NCBI GenBank assembly: GCA_050084515.1
Contig: CM114271.1
Span: 23,126,001 to 23,190,000, forward strand
Direction: 5' to 3'
Source of the DNA: Blasia pusilla
Lineage: Eukaryota
Length of the DNA: 64,000 nt
In this document: positions 26,015-40,200 of the stretch, in pieces
How positions within the stretch are numbered: the first letter of the stretch is position 1
Layout of the letters: the number at the start of each line of letters is the position of its first letter
The notes under the pieces: generated by a model
Told to the model about the DNA's origin: nothing
What the model saw: the letters and a program-made list of their open reading frames with translations, nothing else
Database searches by the model: none
Program-made: the position numbers and the translations under genes

Positions 26015-26866
26015 TCCCTAGTCATATTAATGAATCATATGGTCATAGAAAGGTAACCTAGAGTCATATAAGCTTGTCATACACATAATATTAGTCATAT
26101 TGACAAAGCAAATAGTCATACCAAGAGGTAAAACTCTAGTCATAAACAACAATGTAGTCATTTATTCAAGTCATATTAAACCAGCATCCAATCATACTCA
26201 GTATAATCGTAAGTCATTTAGAAGTCATGTTCCTAGTCATATTCATCTATCCTAGTTATATTAATGTAATCCAGAGTCATATACTCCCGTCATATGTATA
26301 ATTCCAGTCATATTACCAAAACAAGAAGTTATAAACAATAATAATTCTAGTCATAAAGAATATGTAGTCATCTACAAGAGGCAAGTGTTTGGGGTCCTAG
26401 TCATATTGACCAAGTCATACATGGGAGTCATAAATAACCATTCACAGTTATTTTGACACAAAAAAGGGATCAATATGACTGACACATATTTTACAGCTCA
26501 GTCATACAGATGAAAATACAGTCATTGTTTTAAAATTTGTGGATCAATATGACTCGTGACTTATCTAATAAATGATTGACACATGTCATGATGTAAGTCA
26601 TGAGGCTTGCCGTCGTACCATGTCATATGTTGACATGACGATCATATTATATGACTAGGATTTCTCATTATTACGCGATTGATGATGTGTCAGTCATTAA
26701 AGTATATAACTAGGTCTTTCATTCCAAAATGACTCTAGTCATGGTATGGTATATGACTAGGCTTTTATGACTCCATGAGTCACTAGTCATTTCTAGTCAT
26801 TTAAACACACATGTGACTCGGGTGAGTCATATGAGCTAGTCATAGATTCCATATTTTCTTATAGTG
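26015..26866. repeat. CACTA right subterminal repeat region and TIR
   Basis: Dozens of AGTCAT/ATGACT motifs in both orientations, ending in TAGTG. Confidence 0.85.
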
Positions 26867-27189
26867 ATTATGATAGAGTAATTGTTGGCAAAAGGTGAAA
26901 GAACACCAGATTTCTTGTGTTCTCACATGTTTTTTTTCATAACGATATACAGGTTGATCAGAGAGTGCTCAAGGAGCAATCTAAGAGTCTTGGACAATAT
27001 CACAAGGCACAAAAACATGTACATGTTTGCCTATAAGGCCATTTCCATATGAGATGATACTCTCATAGTCTAACAGACTATCAAGCATCGTATCTACAAG
27101 GGTCCTCTTAGTACCTTTATCAATTCGTAATTTTATGTGGTGTCATATCTACCAAAGGCCATTGGGAACCCTGAGTACTCTCCTTTGTT

Positions 27190-29510
27190 GCTTCGCTAAA
27201 CCCTGAGTCCTATTTGGGTGCACAAGATGGACGACTGAGATAGAGGACCGCATAAGTTTTTGGGAGTTGCGGGTACTATAGAGTTGCACGACTTCATTAC
27301 GGAATTTAGGAGTTGGTGTGACTCTTAGAGGGCCAAGAACTCTAGAGAGTTCAATCCTTTTATGGCATTGAATGGGATGTTCCAACACCTACAAGGGGAA
27401 CCCATGGATGATTACCATGAGTTTTCCTAGAGGTGTACACATGAGATTGAAACATGGAGACTCTATTATGATCCATATTATGTGTCATGGACTAAGCCAT
27501 TTCCATATAAAGAGGAGGAGCTAAGGGAGGCTACTTCCTCTACCACTAGTGAAAATCAAGGAGGGAAGAGTCAGAATGGGGCGGTTGCATCATCCACTCG
27601 GGTTTGTCCTAGGCTCAACCCCATGGTTGAGTTCTTTGCGGAGTTGCGGAGAAACTACCAAGGATACGAATCGAGAAGTTGCGGAGTATCCACGACTTCC
27701 ATAGGGGTACATGGGAGAGTTTGCGAGAGATTTTTACTTGTCTACATCATCTTATTAGTGTCACTCAAGGATGATAGAGGCCAAGGCCATTCAGGCATGG
27801 TATGGGATACTGGAACAAGACTTGCAAAAACGGGTGAGGGATGCGGTACTTCTGTTGCGCACCCCTCCCCTACGTTGGGAGATGTCTTTGAGGTAGTAGA
27901 GTATATTGAATGCAACATGGTCGAGAAGAGTGTAGCAGCCATGGGTCATGCGCAAGAGTAGTCAGGATTGCACACAACACCAATGTAGCAATGTGGATTT
28001 TGAGAGGGAGGTTATCATGAGCATGTGCCACAGCAACCTATGTCATCATATGCGGGTCAGCAATAGCCACTAAGAGTTATTTATTGGGTATGTGGTGGAG
28101 CCCATTGTCAACAATATTGCACGTGTCAGTGTGGTAGATACGTGCCCCAACCTAGAGGATGAGATGGGCTTGCACCAAGAGTATATCACGATCAATGCGA
28201 TCATTATCAACAATATGGTCATACATATGTTAGGTGCTTTAGTTGATATCTAGAGTTACATCTGGACCAAGGGCCATAGAGGGCACTTGAGCAAATTTGG
28301 GGTCTTTGTGGGCCTAGAGGTTGTGTGTTAGGTGGTCTTGCATGGGGGCCATGGAGTTGGATTTTCCCGTGGGGGTGGTGGATTTTCCCGTGGGGGTGGT
28401 GGATTTTCCCGGAGAGGAGGTAGAGGTCTGCCACCTAGATGAGCTAATCAAGGGAGACTTGGAGCATGAGGGTGGGATGGCTACTTAGATAGAGCATTTG
28501 CGACAGAAGATTGCCGTGATGGCACTAAGGTTACCCGATGCCGATCAGTGCCATCGACATCATATGGCGCAACTAGAGATATGTAGGATCCTGGTTGGAT
28601 CTATAGAGCTACACAAATCGAGGCATCCATTATTATAACACATGGAGTAGTTGAAAAGTTGGATCCACAAAGAGGGGAAGCCAGGAAATAGACCAGGATT
28701 CCTTAGTCTTTTATTTTGTCCAAGGCGATGAGGACATCGATGGGTCTTAATCAGAGTTCCCAGAGAGTGGATGTTGTTAATTGGTATGCAGACACCAAGG
28801 ACGAGGGGAGAAGCGAGTGTCACGACTCTTATTTCTGATGCTCAGGAGGAACCCATGTCTAGTATGTGGTTGGGGGCACCACTACTATGTATCCCGCCCC
28901 ATGGTTTTCACTTGGCTGCTACACTATGTGAGCATGAAGATGGTGTAACTGCCTCACGTTTAGAGGTGGTTGAAGAGGAGGTGGTGGACCTACACTTGGA
29001 GTTTTCCTTGGGTTATTGGGAGGAGTAAAAATCCTATAGACTAGGATGGCAGTCAGGTGATGGGCGACTTAGCTTGTACTTGTTTGATTCACGAGTGGAG
29101 TGATTGAGCGATAGTTAGGAGAAACAAAAACTCTGGCAACCTTTAGTAGCCCCATCACATGGCCCAACGATTTGATGGAGGGTCATGTATATGTGGAGGA
29201 TACACTCGTGACTTACACCCATATGGAGAGGAGTGTTATGGTTGCAGCATCATTCCGTGGAGGAGAGTGTCTTTGTGGGGCTCGAGTGAGGAGCTTTGAC
29301 GCTTGGCTGATGAGCACGTGTAGATGGCATGGAGTGAGGCATTTGCACCAAAGCGTGACGGGTCAAAGAAACCCGAGGTAGCCGAGGGTGCTACGATGTC
29401 ACCTTTTGACACCGCACCCATTGTGTTGCGTATCTTAGAGGAGTGTATTCGAGTGTTGGATCTATTTTGAGGGATCAATATTCAGTTGGTTGATGTTTTG
29501 CAGGCATGCC
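27190..29510 (+). mobile_element. Gypsy-DNMT family copy C, strongly decayed (gag, partial PR region, start of MTase)
   Basis: NPMVEFFAELRRNYQG, PTLGDVFEVVE.IECNMVE, YRLGWQSGDGR, and at ~29400-29510 PFDTAPIV...IRVLDLF*GI (MTase motif I). Collinear with copy B. Confidence 0.8.
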
Positions 29511-30486
29511 TACGCGTGCGACGGTACTGGGGGGCCAAGGGGGGAAGAGAGTTTTTTTTTTTGGGGGGATTTCAAAAAGAGAAATTGGTTGGAAAGCTGG
29601 TGCCAGCGTAAGTTCAGCCAACGGTTTGAGCCGGAAGTCATCTTCTTGGAATAACATGTGAGACCAAGAAGATGCCCCATGCGACTTGGCCCTTACTATC
29701 TAGTTCCCTTTTGTATGGAAGTTTCTTGCCCTAAACCTCAAGATCCACATCCAAGATGTAAATTTTTCCATCATGAATTTTCCATCATCATCCTTTTTCT
29801 ACTTGGTGCCTCCTTCTACTCTCTCATTTCATTTTTTTAACATGTTGTTGACCTTGTTACGGCCCCTATAATAATAGACTCGAATGCCAAGCCCGCAAAA
29901 TGCAAATTATTCTTCAAGGTTCTCAACCCTCGGATATGAATGTTTTAACAATAAAACGAATGTAAACTCCACATGAATGAGAAGGTGTTAGGTATTAATG
30001 CTCTCGTTAATACCAATCTCTCATGCTGTGTGGCCAGCAGGTTTTTGGCTCTTTATGCCCCCCCCTCCTTTGTATCCCCATGGGTTTTCTATTAAAGTTT
30101 ATATTCTTTCTCCCAACCTCTAAACATATGGCCGGCAATCTCAACTCTGGACTGTTTTAGTTCCGATGGTATACATGCTTCCAAACCTCCAAAGGATTCA
30201 TGAAATTCGAAACCGGGGGTTGGTTCGTATATGCGTTTTATTTTTACAAATAACTTTTTTTATTTTATCTCACGGCCTCGATCTTTCCGATCTGCATATT
30301 AGCGGATGTGGGTGGCTAAGTTAGGGTTGCGGTCTAGTTCGCACTGAGGAGGAGTCGCAAGCTCATGGACATAAATTTAGTGTAAGAACGAAGTGGTCTT
30401 GGTCTGCTGCGATTGCGGCGGTGGATAGTTTATTTTGTTGAAACGTTGTGTCGAGTTAGGAACGGGAACGAACTGCGAGAAACACC

Positions 30487-31996
30487 ATGAACAATTGGGA
30501 GATCCTGCAGCTGGCCAAGGGCTTTCGGGGCAGATCGAAGAACTGCATCCGCATTGCGAGAGAGCGTGTGGAAAAAGCGCTGCAGTATGCCTACCGTGAT
30601 CGCCGCAACAAGAAGCGAGACATGCGGGGTCTGTGGATTCAACGCATCAACGCCGGCACTCGTCAACATGGGGTAATTCCGTATTCCTGAGTTTGAGCGT
30701 CTTCCAATATGTCATGTGAAAGGAATCCCCCCTAGAGTCGTTGTTTTGTTTACGATAGGAGTAGAGCGAGTACAACTAAGTCCTCGTTTGGACCTGGAGT
30801 AACTTATAGTTAGTCAGTTTTTACGCGAGCCTAGTACACACATTAAGTGCATCGCGTTTGTGCGGTTTCAGGATTTGCTTCCTTGATGGTGCTATGAACC
30901 TTAAAAGTGTTTTCGGATCACTAACGCCTGATCTATCTGAAAGTTCTGAGTCCTAGCAGCTTACTGCCTTCGTGGCCTGATTGGTTATCCAACCCGTCTC
31001 AAGCGAAGGATGGTCGGGAGAGGCTTTTCCCCATGGGAAAAACTTCGCTTAGGACACGGAGTCCACTCCAGTAGGAGCTTTCAAACCGAGTGGCCCCTTC
31101 GAGTGACTCCCAGCACATCCCAGCACAGATGGTACTTCAAGTGACCAGTCTAGTAACACAACTTTAATGTGCTACATCCGGCTGAAACTGATCAGGACAT
31201 CCTTGCGACTGGATAACTCTGAAAGGGACTGCAGCTATATTTCATGGTCAGAACAGAGTCGGTGGAGAAACATTCCAATCGAACCAACTAGATTTCCCTG
31301 CTGTCTGGTGCCTGTGCACAAATTTGTTGCTAACGATCACTCGAAAATATGTGAAATGTGAAATATGTAAGAGCCACTCCCCTTAGGGATCGTCCGCTTC
31401 ATTTTGCTATTCAGGAGTCAGGGTCTTTAGTCATCAGCACATCCCAGCACAGAAGGTACTTGTAGTGACCTATCTAGTAACATATTTAAATGTGCAACAT
31501 ACAGCTTAGACCGATTAAGCCATTCTTTTTTAATGGATGAACTTGAAAGGGACTGAAGCGACATCGCGAGCTCCCATTAGCATCCTGTGTCAGTAATTCA
31601 AGAATACGTTGTAGTGCCCAGACTAGCATAGGGCTGTTCTATTGCCGCACGCAGCGGAAAATAATGACAAGGATCTACTGATCGAATTCTGCGCCATTGA
31701 GCAGATCAGGATGTTCACGTGAGCACAACCTCTAGGCCTCTTGCTTTCTTTTAGACGCGCACGTATTTTCACGCATATTGGGTTTGTTTTACTTCCAAAC
31801 GTAATCGTTCACCTGACGTTGGCGCATGTGGTTGTCGCAGGTAAACTACGGGCAGTTTATGCACGGTTTGAACCAAGAGAATGTTCAGTTGAACAGGAAG
31901 GTGCTTTCTGAAATTGCTATGCATGAGCCTTTCAGTTTTAAGACTCTTGTTGATGTGTCCCGAAGTGCTTTCCCACACACTTACTTGAAGAAGTGA
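30487..31996 (+). CDS. RPL20: Nuclear-encoded organellar (probably mitochondrial) ribosomal protein L20; exons 30487-30672 and 31841-31996; 113 aa
   Basis: [58 protein letters not shown]...[18 protein letters not shown]. The GT-AG intron is phase 0 and in frame. Confidence 0.95.
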
Positions 31997-33892
31997 GGTC
32001 TGTTTTAGGGTAGCCTGTGTCTGTGTCTTGGGAGAGGGCTTGAGAGCTTCAGCTCTGTGATGGCGGTGTTGGGAAAAGTGCTTGAAATTCTGCCTCAGGA
32101 CGAAGCGCATCAAGCTGTGCCCACTGCATCGACATCCAAGCCGATAAACAGAGGAGCTTTCTACCAATCTGGAACCCTTGTGGGTGGTATGGGATTCTAC
32201 AGTGTGCAGATGTTGTATGCCCTCATGAAAAACTGTCCTAATCAACTTACCCAGCGGTGGTATTGTCTGCTAACACCAATCCCCCAGTTGATATCTCTTT
32301 GCGAAAGAATGTATCAAAGGACCTTGACAGAGCCACTGGCCATCCTGGACCTTATAATCAGGGGAGTGTAATGTAAAGCTCTTCACAGTCTGGATACTTT
32401 CCCAATCAGTCAGACACCTAACACTCTGTACATAGGTGAGGGATAAGGAATTAGAGTCATCACATCTCACTCCTACAAGAGGAATTTTGTATAGTTATTC
32501 TACAGATTATCAATTTTGCCCAGCTGTCCACTGATTTCGATGCTGGATTGAACACAATTTTGGGCTTTGCGCAAGTCACTCATGGGACGATAGTCCTGAC
32601 CACGTGTTTTGCATGGTTTTTTTTCTTTTGGTAAGGTAACAGACCATAGGTTGAAGGCTTTCTTGGATGTTTCTTGGATTACTTGTGATACGTCTGTCAA
32701 CGAAGGACTTGCAGCCCCCATTGCGAATGTCAGCGCGCCTGACTAGAAGATCCTTTCCTCTCATCTCACCTCAAACCATGCCAAGTTTGGTTTACATGCG
32801 ATCCACCAGGAGGACCTAGACATTGCCGTGACATCCCATGTGCTCCTTTTTATTTTTGTGTAATTTGACACAAAAATCTCATGCATGATGTATTGCAATG
32901 CGTGCATACGTGAATGGAAATGTTTGCTTGTTTAGCATAAGGCTATCTACATCAATACTCGTGTGTCCTTGTTTTTGGATCATTGAAACTTACTCGCGTG
33001 TAACCATTCAGTTCTTTGGTAATGTGGTTAACCAAGGGAATTAATGTTTAGTTCTTTGGTAATGTGTGGTTAACCAAGGGAATTAATGTTTAATCCAGAT
33101 TAGCCATCACCATATCGAGCATCCCATGGTGATGATGGAAGTTTTACGAGGAGAACATCTTCAAAGTGCCACTTTTTTGCGAAGAGCTGCCAAAATATAA
33201 ATTTGATTTTTCCTGATTAGAAGTTACAAGTAAGGATCCTCATGGAGAGTCGGGTTAAAAGATCCTGTTTAATGTAACCAATTTTAGAACAATCCTCTGA
33301 AACCAGTGAAAAAGGGATTGAATTATGTTCGATGGAGGTAGAAATCTAACCACACATGCACTGGAACAATTAGTATTGGTATTCCATAGGGTAAAAAATT
33401 AACTACGAGCGAGCTGGAAAACGGATGTTAGTATTGGAGTTAGTATTTACTTTACACACCAAGTAAAAAATTCAAATTCATTTTCTTGATATTAGATTAA
33501 AAAAATGGAACTCATATTCCTAATACTAGATCAAATAAAGTCACACAAACCTAAAAATAAAAATAATTAAATCACACAAATCTGACACCATTAACTTCTC
33601 ACGTATTAGAAAGTGTCTCTCTCCACTAAATCTTCAATCTATGGTCCACAAAATCGCATTAATCAAGTTAATGTGTTAAGGATAGCCTGACCAGCTAGGG
33701 AACAACTCAAAACATACATGCAAGGTCGTAATTACCAAAAGTATTTGTGAAAGAAATCAAGTGACATGTGTCACACAAAGGAGCAACTACAAAATTGCAT
33801 CCTAAAACGAATGAGTAATTTTAAAGAAGAATGAGGAGTAATCTTAACGGTAGGATGCTATTGGAATTGCATAGACTTGATTTTTATAATTA

Positions 33893-34372
33893 CTAGTAAG
33901 ATGCTTGTGCGATGTACGAGAATTAAAAAAATGTTTGAAGAACTTTTGCTAATGTATAGCCCGTGAAAGGACTAATGATGCTGCACAATTGGGATAATTG
34001 GGAATTGGGATATTTGTGATAACACCCAACCGTATTCTCTCCACATTTAGTAATTTCCCCTTGGCATTCGCCATCTGCATCATACCTTGCAAAAATATTA
34101 ATTGAAAATTTTTAATATTTTTAAAAAAATTGAAAGTACAAAAAATTTCTTATGTAACTTACTTTCAAAAAGAAGAAAAAAGTGCAGGGGATTTTTTGTA
34201 GTTGGAATTTTTTAAAGGAAATAAAAAGTAGGAAATATTTTTTTAAAGGAAAAAAAGAGTGAAAAGAGATAAAAATAGAAAAAAATGGAGAAAAAAGGGG
34301 AATTAAAATTTTTATTTTTTAAGGGCAGGTTCGATTGCCCAAACCTATCCCTAACCGCCAATATCTATTGGA
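33893..34372 (-). mobile_element. Putative short non-autonomous Helitron
   Basis: On the minus strand: A|TC start at 34372, AT-rich body, a decayed hairpin (plus strand CTTGTGCGATGTACGAG), then CTAG|T end at 33893. Confidence 0.45.
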
Positions 34373-34506
34373 TCTATATCCAACGTCTAGATGTAACTTG
34401 CCGTTGGTTCAACATCAAATAGCGGAGACCGCCATGGCAACGACTCCACCGCCGTTGCAGGCCATTGGTGTCTCCGACACCCTTCCCCTTTCGTCTCCCT
34501 ACACCT

Positions 34507-35030
34507 TGGTAGTTACAGATCCTACGCGGGAGGCAATGCGAGCCCAAGTGGTGGCCCAAGGGCGAATGCTACAAGGAGCGGCGGCGGCGGCGGCGAAGAA
34601 GACACATATCTACAGTCGACTTCACGAGGGACACATCTTCATCCCCCTGGCCATAGAGATGTATGGGGCTATGGGGGAGAGGTTCGACTCGTTCCTTACG
34701 GACTGCGCCCATCATCTCCACTCGAGAAATGGGTTGTCCTTAGCTACTGCGATTCTCTATTGTAGGCAGCGGGTCTCCATAGCGTTGCAGCGTGCCCAGG
34801 CTAATGGGCTTTTGCGGCGGGCTCAGGCTGTGGGAGACGCCGGCGCTAGAGGCCCACTTAGTAGTAGTCATAGCTCTCTTGTTGTTGCTGATATTGTCTC
34901 TGCTGTTGGTGAGTTTCGTCGTTAGGGGGGGAATGCCCCCTTCTTCCTTTTCTCGTCTTGTTGTGGCCTTCAGGTTTTGACTCTTTGAGTCCCCCCCTCT
35001 TTTGTACTTCCGATGGGTTTTCCATCACAC
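34507..35030 (+). mobile_element. 5'-truncated CRE-like non-LTR retrotransposon (restriction-like endonuclease C-terminus plus 3' UTR)
   Basis: VVTDP...AAAKKTHIY...FIPLAIEMYGAMG...RQRVSIALQRAQA. A paralogue lies at 58605-59060. Confidence 0.75.
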
Positions 35031-37289
35031 ATTTTTATTGAAGTGCATCTTTATTCTACACCTTCCCCCTCACTCACATGTTCGCAGTCTAGCAACGCTT
35101 TGGTCTCCTCTCCGCTCTCACTCGCCACTTCACAGTTTTGCTCGATCTCGCTCGAGCGGCAGTCTCTACGATTGCGCTCTACTTGATCACGCTCAAGGGT
35201 TGCACTTCTTTGCATTGCGCCCCCGTCTCCTTACGGGTCATGTTGTTGGACGTAAGTCATCCCGCCCGATGCTCTGCTTTGCTAGTCGACATTCTTATCT
35301 CTATTGGCGAGTGCTCGAGCTCAATCTGACCTCTCTACTCAGACTCTCCAATCTGAAGGAATGATTTTTTGACCTTCCTATCTGCTTAGAGGGTTGTGGG
35401 ATCACGGAGTTCTTCTATTGCCCAACTCGTGCTAGGTTCCGCCCACTCGTGCCTTGGTTTTCTGGTGCTAAGACCAGCCCACTCGCCTCTTGGTTTACTG
35501 ATGGACAATATCTCCATATTTCGTTGAGACTACAACGTCTGCCTTCTTCCTTGGGTTTTCCTCCACACTTTCTATACTTGAGCCATGCTTGAAAAAATGC
35601 TTAGTTCTATGTGGAATTCTGAGGCGGTTTCTAAGTGGATTGTCTCAACATTTCTAATCGGTCAAATGCTTCTAGTCGAGCTGTTTGTTTCGCTTTGTCC
35701 CACTGCTTTGCGTTAAGCCGCAGATATTAGGCTTGTAGCTTGCTGATTGTCAAAGGTGGGGTGTAGGGGTTCAGAGTTCAGAGTTCAGGGCTCTTCTGAG
35801 TGGGCTTGGGATGTGTTAAGGCTTTAGGTTGAAGTTTTTGACATCTGTAGAGCCGTGAACTCACTAATGAGACCATAGCTATTCTCGTTGCCATTCCGAT
35901 TGTTGTTTTGCTTCAATCTATTTTGTGCTTTTTTGTTGAGGGTGCTTGCAGGTTGGGAGTTGAAGTTGAACCTTGAGCCGCACCTTGGGCAAGAGTTGTC
36001 GGAGACGGCAAGTGATGCAACACTTGGAGAATCGGGAGGCACTTTCTAACGGTCTAATCGGGAGCTGCTGAAGGATCCAAACAAAGAGTGGGAGCAGCCG
36101 AAGGACCAAACTAGGAGTGGAAGATGCCGATCACTTTGTAGAGTGCCTGAAATGTAAGAAGAGCAAAATAGCAACATTAAGAAGAGCTATTTTTTGAAAA
36201 CTACATTAGTATCCTCATGAAGGACCCAGAGTAAAACTCAAAGAGACTCAATAGTAGCTTAAGCCTAAATGACTTATATAATTTTTTTGCATGAGTAAAT
36301 GAAATGTACGCCAATAAAGCTCAAAATCTCAACAGTAGCCTAAGCATGAATGGCTTGTAATATGTCATTGCATGAGTAAATAAAACAAAATTGAGTAAAG
36401 ACCTTATGTTACTTGAGCAGTGCGCACAATATGAGTTTGGAGGTTCTAAATTTTTTTGTAACACAAATACTTATACTCTGCGGGGTCTTGTAAGTCGTGA
36501 CACCTCTTCGAATAGCAAGAGGGCCATTAAATCAACAGACCTCCCTCATGGAGCAGATCTAACTGTTCATAGCTTCAAGTACAAAAATTTCAATGACTAA
36601 AACAAACCGTTATCATGGCGCATGCAACAAAACCCTAAGGATCTCCATCCAACGACTCTAAAACATCCTATCCAATGGTTAAAGAATTGCAAAAATCACG
36701 TGTCAGACTGTCCGGAAATGCTCCTTTGAAGTTGTGCAAAATTTCCACATGTCAGATGCTCGGGTGTTTGCGCCATGAGATGGCCCTCTCCCATAATAGA
36801 ATAGATGAGGCATAATAAGAATGAAAAATAATTCTTAGTGCAAGTTGAAAAATGAATTGAAAAAGAAATTCTAAAAGAAAGTGCCCCCTCATTTTGCAAG
36901 CTCCTCTCCTTTTGAGAGCTGCGGTAAGAGGAGAGGAAGAGAGGAAGAGAGGAGAGAGGAAGAGAGGAGAGAGGAAACTACCTTCAACCGAAAGAGATAT
37001 TTTTTTTTAAGAGAATTTCCTCTGATTTGAAGAGAGTTTCTATTGGGTTGAAGAGAGGAAACTTTTTTTGTGAATTTTTTTGCACTTTTCTGCTCAGTTC
37101 TTCAGCACTCCCACAGTTTTGTTTTCCTCTTCCACATTTTGGCAATCCATCTGAGTCCGACGAGTTGCAAATTGCACAAAATTTAGAAAACTGAAAAATC
37201 AGTGGAATCATAGTGTGGAACCAATCACTTTTTCCATCCAAGGTCTGGAAAAAATCTATCATTTTTCCTGGGCTGAATAGAGTTCAAGC

Positions 37290-40200
37290 TCAAAGTGAAG
37301 GTTCTGGAAAAATGAAAGTACAATCTAAAATCTCATTTTGCATCCTCAAAGTGGTTTGTTTAAAATACTTCGCACTTCTTTGAGGTTGGAGTAGGAATCC
37401 ACCAACCAGAATTGGTTGGTGGATTCCTACTCCAACCTCCAACTCTCTTAAAACTACAAGCAACACATAGTACATGTGCTTATAAGGGAAATACCTTTTC
37501 CCACTTGTCTCTCTTTGGACAAAGTCATCACATGAACATGTGAGAAAGCAACAGATGTGCACCACATACACCCCTATGACACTTGAATTTACAGTGTTGT
37601 TCTTGACCCAATACATCCTTCCTATTCCATTGCCACTCTGGACATCTTTCATGGCGAGGATCTCCATTTTTGCCTTCCGAGCTGATGCAATTCGCTTTGC
37701 TCTCTCCATCGTTGGCCTACACATTCTGTTTCTCTTCATCCCATTTGTAGACTCAAACAAAAATAATGGATTGAGATCATCCACCTTCTCCGGGTACATG
37801 TTGACATCAATCTTGGGTTGAATACAAAATTCGAAGGTCTCTATAACGCGAGCATGCCCCAAACTTCCTCCGTCTACGAGTCTAAAACCGGCACTTGTAA
37901 GATTTTCCAGTTCGTCTTGAGTGCAATTCGTACCTGCGGAAATGGGCCAAATCGTGGGGGTATTCCTTGGAGCTCCAATGGCAGCCAGATAAGACTTCCG
38001 AAAAGCGCAAGATTCATTTGGGCAGAAGAAGTACTTCAATTGATCCCCGATTCTCGTGAAACAATCAAAGATTTTGAGTCCCCAAAATCTAGACAGTGGT
38101 CATCCAGTCCTTGTATAGTTCTTATTTAGGAAAGTGCCCCATGCTCTCCTAATGCCATCAGATCCTGCCCTGCAAGTGGTCCACGTCTAGGATTGCTCCG
38201 AGATATATACCACCGTTTGAGGTTGCAATCCACCTCAATGACCGAATCCCATACTGTTGAACCACCCTAGCGACCGGATGTTGCCAACTTCCAGCAACGG
38301 AGGGCTTTTGAAATAAAACATTCAGTGATTTTGGAGAAGTTACTGCATCACGGATTTGGGAGCAATCCATGGTCTCCAAATACCTGGATAGCGTGATTTC
38401 CTCATCCACATCAATCACCAAGTTCATTCCTCGATGCTGCCTCTTCACTTGCCTGAAGTCAAGATACTTATCTGGTCTCCACGAATCTCGCTTGGACTGC
38501 TCTACCACCATCTGTATAGGACGTCTTGAAACGCGCCCACGAATATCCCCACCAATATGTACGTCTTGCTCCAGGGAAGTTCCTGCTACGCACCGATTAA
38601 AGGCTTCCACATAGAGTTTCTCATCACCCGATCTCACAGCCGTCCTGACATAGAGCTTGTAGATCGAAGGCCCCCTCCCTTTTGTAATGCCTTTTGTGAG
38701 GAAGATATGGGATGCTGCAGACTGTAGCATTGCTCTTGCCTGGTCTTGTTGGCATGCCTCCATAAGTGAAATTCTTTGGCATGCTTGTGACAACCTTTAG
38801 GAGGAATGAACACTTTCTGCTCCACTTGTGTTGGGGCAGAGGGCCTTTTCATAAATGTTCAATCCCTGCAATGACGGAAATGTGAGAAGGGAACCAAAAT
38901 AGCTCCAAAGTCAGAGAAAAAAGCTACCTGTTGGAACCAGACGGGTTGCAAGTCAAAGGCATCCCATGAATGACTCTATGACCCATCGCGTCCCGACATG
39001 TTGCAACACCCAGGAACCACCTACTCCAACCCGTCCGATTCCGACGGGTTGCAAGAACCTTTGGCCACTCCGTGCTGGAAGATCCAAGTGCAAGTCCTCC
39101 GAAACCCATCCAGGTCGAGTTATTTGGAGGCCTTGTAAACATGTGACTTGCATACTTGTATACGGGTTGCACCAACATTCTTGATGCAGCCCGTCGGTCT
39201 TCGACTAGTTTCACACTCAGGCAACACGTCCGTTTCTGACGGATTGCACACTCGGGCAACCTGTCGCATACGACAAGTTGCTTGGTTTCTTCGGTTTGAA
39301 ATCCCTACAGTGCCCAAGCTTCTAAACTTGAGCTGCAAATTTTCAAAAAATTCTCAGCGTGAGCTCGACAAGACAAAATAGTGAACTCACATGCCGCATG
39401 AAGTTTCCCCATTGTCTCATTCGTACAGTCCACCAACTCAACCAAGAACACAACTCTTTGTACTTCCCCTCAATTGCATGCTTCCTCCACCACCCATGAA
39501 GTTCTTCTTGGCATTCCAATGCCTGTTTCAAGGTTTTGTTGTCCTTGCAGCGTCGGAGTAGAGTGACATGCTCTGTCCTCTTATTCTCCTTGATGCAAGA
39601 TTTGGTGTACCGGATCACAGATTGCTGCCAATGGAAAGCATCCGACCTTTCCCTCTCCGGTTGAACCTCTCCACCCCATAACACTTCCCTGATAGCAATC
39701 CACCCAGGTTGTGCATTGTCCGCCATGAACCCATAAATTTCCGGAGGTGGCCTATTGTTTTCCTTCACTACCTCCAATAAGAGTAACCAACACATCTTCA
39801 AACTGCCAACGTCTTCTGCTTTTACTTCATAGACAAATCTAGTTTTGAGTCCCTTCTCCACATGGTTATAAACGTGAGCACCCATGGTGAACCATCCATT
39901 CAGCACTCTATAGCAAATATCAAAGCTTACCCAGTTGCCGTAAAGATCTTCCCCTTCCCTTATTTGATCTATAAGATCGAGGCCACTCGACGGTCCTATC
40001 ATTGACTTTTTGAAGACATAAGCCCTGGATCCTTCGCCTCCTTGGCCCATGAATTGCCATCTTTGAATGAATGGAAATCTAGAGTTGGCCTTGATTCTGG
40101 AAATGGCATCCATTTCGGCCGTCTTTCCATCTAGTCGATGTATTTGACGCACCAAATTCTAGAAGCATTCAAGATCAGCGAGAAATGCCAGATTTTCCCA

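Noticed and set aside
30972-31060. Possible tRNA or tRNA-derived SINE (A-box-like TGGCCTGATTGG)
   Set aside because: No B box and no cloverleaf could be found.
32057-32371. 104-aa ORF after RPL20
   Set aside because: No recognisable motif; likely 3' UTR or intergenic sequence.
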